The notes under the pieces are model-generated. The model saw only the letters and a list, made by a program, of their open reading frames with translations, searched no databases and was not told the origin of the DNA. Position numbers and translations under genes: made by a program. From positions 264,434 through 328,433 of the forward strand of contig NMRA01000150.1 in NCBI GenBank assembly GCA_002633005.1: a stretch of DNA of 64,000 nucleotides, read 5' to 3'. This document shows, one piece after another, positions 63,801-64,000 of the stretch. The stretch comes from Phoronis australis. Taxonomy: Eukaryota; Animalia; Phoronida. Numbering within the stretch: position 1 is the first letter of the stretch; each line of letters opens with the position of its first letter.

Positions 63801-63867
63801 TTCGCCGACAGCTGCCATCTCCGTCGCGCGGTGATTAAGGTGTGTAGACACCTGCTTCTTGGAATCC
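32614..63867 (-). CDS. Large WD40-repeat protein, WDR87/WDR97-like; 3' ~35 exons (~2,020 codons), 5' end outside window
   Basis: Exons below join GT-AG in one continuous frame to TAA at 32614; WD repeat HKAAIIAIDALASKEVYASASADGYIKIWN followed by FLNSRGDLIFGF; then acidic, Lys-rich and Pro-rich tail. Family name from recalled motif similarity only. Confidence 0.8.
33065..33205 (-). CDS. WD40 gene exon
   Basis: RLRLSTVPDDYEE...SRPHSSKSIPSKC; phase 2-2. Confidence 0.8.
34026..34212 (-). CDS. WD40 gene exon
   Basis: LYYPGDTSF...RPSTSLRPRTAG...EKPY; phase 1-2. Confidence 0.8.
34713..35183 (-). CDS. WD40 gene exon (symmetric, possibly alternative)
   Basis: ctttag acceptor, 471-nt open frame, donor /gtgggt less certain; phase 1-1. 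Confidence 0.6.
35411..35532 (-). CDS. WD40 gene exon (coiled-coil-like)
   Basis: HLLIKMQKQMRVQSAAHRR...HERA; phase 2-1. Confidence 0.8.
35935..36009 (-). CDS. WD40 gene exon
   Basis: NDNHDIMKNEGVNFDGNWQERMIE; phase 2-2. Confidence 0.75.
37585..37646 (-). CDS. WD40 gene exon
   Basis: ELEEAFQTALENYKRYQQSK; phase 0-2. Confidence 0.75.
37664..38338. repeat. 31-bp minisatellite (AGAACACACACTATATGTGTTAGCAGTAACT) x~21
   Basis: Near-identical tandem copies. Confidence 0.97.
38535..38587 (-). CDS. WD40 gene exon
   Basis: PDDLPPRPYTVQAGPDK; phase 1-0. Confidence 0.75.
38859..39098 (-). CDS. WD40 gene exon
   Basis: LLDEVSSII...RRPDPSFV; phase 1-1. Confidence 0.75.
39568..39679. repeat. 28-bp tandem repeat x4
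   Basis: ATGCATTCAGCTTAACATGCCATAGTAG copies. Confidence 0.9.
40458..40550 (-). CDS. WD40 gene exon
   Basis: YRSLIEKGLDAMY...RRPKTP; phase 1-1. Confidence 0.7.
41804..42278. mobile_element. PIF/Harbinger-like MITE
   Basis: GGCCCTTCCATACT ... AGTATGAAAGGGCC termini, ATA/TTA flanks. Confidence 0.45.
43421..43630 (-). CDS. WD40 gene exon
   Basis: ERLLQQAVDRIVIRKKFSPPKR...HVK; phase 1-1; aag acceptor. Confidence 0.7.
44102..44153 (-). CDS. WD40 gene exon
   Basis: DKEGEADDSDMGQEQGE; phase 0-1. Confidence 0.7.
44660..44833 (-). CDS. WD40 gene exon (possibly alternative)
   Basis: HSVDNYDS...LLDLVFDNVKWAELVSGASK; phase 0-0; weak aag acceptor. Confidence 0.5.
45272..45478 (-). CDS. WD40 gene exon
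   Basis: LPSLDFMKQREE...PRPRSAAARY...MSQ; phase 0-0. Confidence 0.75.
46103..47722 (-). CDS. WD40 gene giant exon (540 codons)
   Basis: Within 597-aa ORF 45971-47764; donor CCT/gtaagg; acceptor (aag) uncertain; phase 0-0. Confidence 0.7.
48371..48421 (-). CDS. WD40 gene small exon
   Basis: QIKIKPVDRKTLQYRME; tag/ and /gtaatt; phase 0-0. Confidence 0.5.
49274..49324 (-). CDS. WD40 gene small exon
   Basis: ELPSQTLQIEAGPPTLS; long pyrimidine tract, /gtaagt; phase 0-0. Confidence 0.65.
49707..49800. repeat. (TG)n microsatellite
   Basis: Direct. Confidence 0.97.
49816..50025 (-). CDS. WD40 gene exon
   Basis: LTRSDTAIKSKKK...VPARS; phase 0-0. Confidence 0.75.
50461..50610 (-). CDS. WD40 gene exon
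   Basis: KVVKKMRK...DDEEEDDDDDNE...LEQK; phase 0-0. Confidence 0.8.
51220..51406. repeat. 42-bp minisatellite x~4.5
   Basis: Tandem copies. Confidence 0.9.
51800..51829 (-). CDS. WD40 gene micro-exon (30 nt)
   Basis: AKMSGGGVDK; ttcag/ and /gtagtg; phase 0-0. Confidence 0.5.
53576..53596 (-). CDS. Possible micro-exon (21 nt)
   Basis: IVDRKCK; perfect AAG/gtaagt donor but poor acceptor tract. Confidence 0.25.
54438..54596 (-). CDS. WD40 gene exon
   Basis: LDVKKIMADEKKK...ISQIISAK; phase 0-0. Confidence 0.8.
55165..55300. repeat. 49-bp tandem repeat x~3
   Basis: GTAAGACAACTTAATG... copies. Confidence 0.85.
55307..55395 (-). CDS. WD40 gene exon
   Basis: LPVKKKAVQEIAREPTKF...KVK; phase 1-0. 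Confidence 0.7.
55428..55896. repeat. 42-bp minisatellite x~11
   Basis: CAGACTTATGGTTTGTGAGGGACAAAATACATGCACATCAGA copies. Confidence 0.95.
56994..57054 (-). CDS. WD40 gene exon
   Basis: GGESSAEEPEPAPVVEVKKS; phase 0-1. Confidence 0.7.
57535..57665 (-). CDS. WD40 gene exon
   Basis: IIREMKQKR...SPGPSPTVTPPTTPPTPSE; phase 1-0. Confidence 0.8.
57865..58342. other. Assembly gap (after a TG microsatellite at 57805-57864)
   Basis: N run. Confidence 1.
58381..58482 (-). CDS. WD40 gene exon (polybasic then acidic)
   Basis: ELSSRLAAVKKKKRKKKKKSKKYSVPDDETDEEE; phase 1-1. Confidence 0.7.
58508..58648. repeat. 16-bp quasi-palindromic minisatellite (ATGACATGTGYCATGT) x~9
   Basis: Tandem copies. Confidence 0.9.
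59216..59459 (-). CDS. WD40 gene exon
   Basis: KPYDLVFD...SEISMAPTETYFSP...LTK; phase 0-1. Confidence 0.8.
59763..59845 (-). CDS. WD40 gene exon
   Basis: ESDIYEDPYVKYE...LDKYL; phase 1-0. Confidence 0.8.
59990..60040 (-). CDS. WD40 gene exon
   Basis: VLHNISIRDEDEEDDGE; phase 1-1. Confidence 0.75.
60378..60535 (-). CDS. WD40 gene exon (WD repeat)
   Basis: SADGYIKIWN...FLNSRGDLIFGFHNQIYIL; phase 2-1. Confidence 0.9.
60555..60770. repeat. ~31-bp minisatellite
   Basis: CCTCACTAATACARACACATTACACATAAGA copies. Confidence 0.85.
60969..61086 (-). CDS. WD40 gene exon (WD repeat start)
   Basis: REHKAAIIAIDALASKEVYASA; phase 1-2. Confidence 0.88.
61500..61590 (-). CDS. WD40 gene exon
   Basis: SNSMMLGFECGAIEL...; phase 0-1. 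Confidence 0.8.
61637..61830. repeat. Degenerate 11-bp tandem repeat (AAGACACTCAC)
   Basis: Tandem copies. Confidence 0.8.
62038..62190 (-). CDS. WD40 gene exon (WD-like)
   Basis: IVHIEQN...IQTWDLPSLKLLHEV...FARL; phase 0-0. Confidence 0.85.
62382..62707. repeat. 30-bp minisatellite x~11
   Basis: ACTGCTGTCTACAACTTACATACTGTAAGT copies. Confidence 0.95.
62873..62947 (-). CDS. WD40 gene exon
   Basis: DGRILFLDPYIKGKKYMEFKANKDS; phase 0-0. Confidence 0.85.
63687..63867 (-). CDS. WD40 gene exon (first in window)
   Basis: Strong ttttttgcag acceptor; ...DRYLLLGLK/gttagt joins DGRILFLD; phase 2-0. Confidence 0.8.
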
Positions 63868-64000
63868 CTGCAAAAAATAAAAAGAGGCAATGAACTAGTT
63901 AGTGAGCATTGTTAGACCTAAAAGATTGGATTTCATTTGCCAGTTCCATGTTCACATGATAGCACAGCGGAAAAAGAGAGTAAATAATTGCTAAATCTGA

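Overview
Eukaryotic (metazoan, probably marine invertebrate) AT-rich genomic DNA with three assembly gaps; nearly all ORFs in the supplied track are spurious. I reconstructed two convergent spliced genes by hand. (1) COMMD7 on + has 8 coding exons (5810-28900, 187 aa); exons 4-5 appear twice across a gap, most likely as two haplotypes. (2) The 3' ~35 exons (~2,020 codons, 63867-32614, - strand) of a very large WD40 protein of WDR87/WDR97-like architecture, with a long low-complexity tail, a run of phase-0 cassette-compatible exons including one of 1,620 nt, and seven RPx[ST] motifs. The most unusual region is the 11.5-kb COMMD7 intron 1, packed with nested inverted repeats: a ~5.3-kb modular foldback element, three members of a TA-flanked TIR family (one carrying an orphan terminal exon, one with the same end twice), and two tRNA-like sequences sharing upstream flank. 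Also present: Tc2/pogo-like non-autonomous elements, a BEL/Pao-like LTR remnant with a tRNA-His primer-binding site, a presence/absence hAT-type insertion with an 8-bp TSD, and many minisatellites, several palindromic. No prokaryotic-type system (CRISPR, operon) is supported. All family assignments come from reading the sequence, not from database searches.
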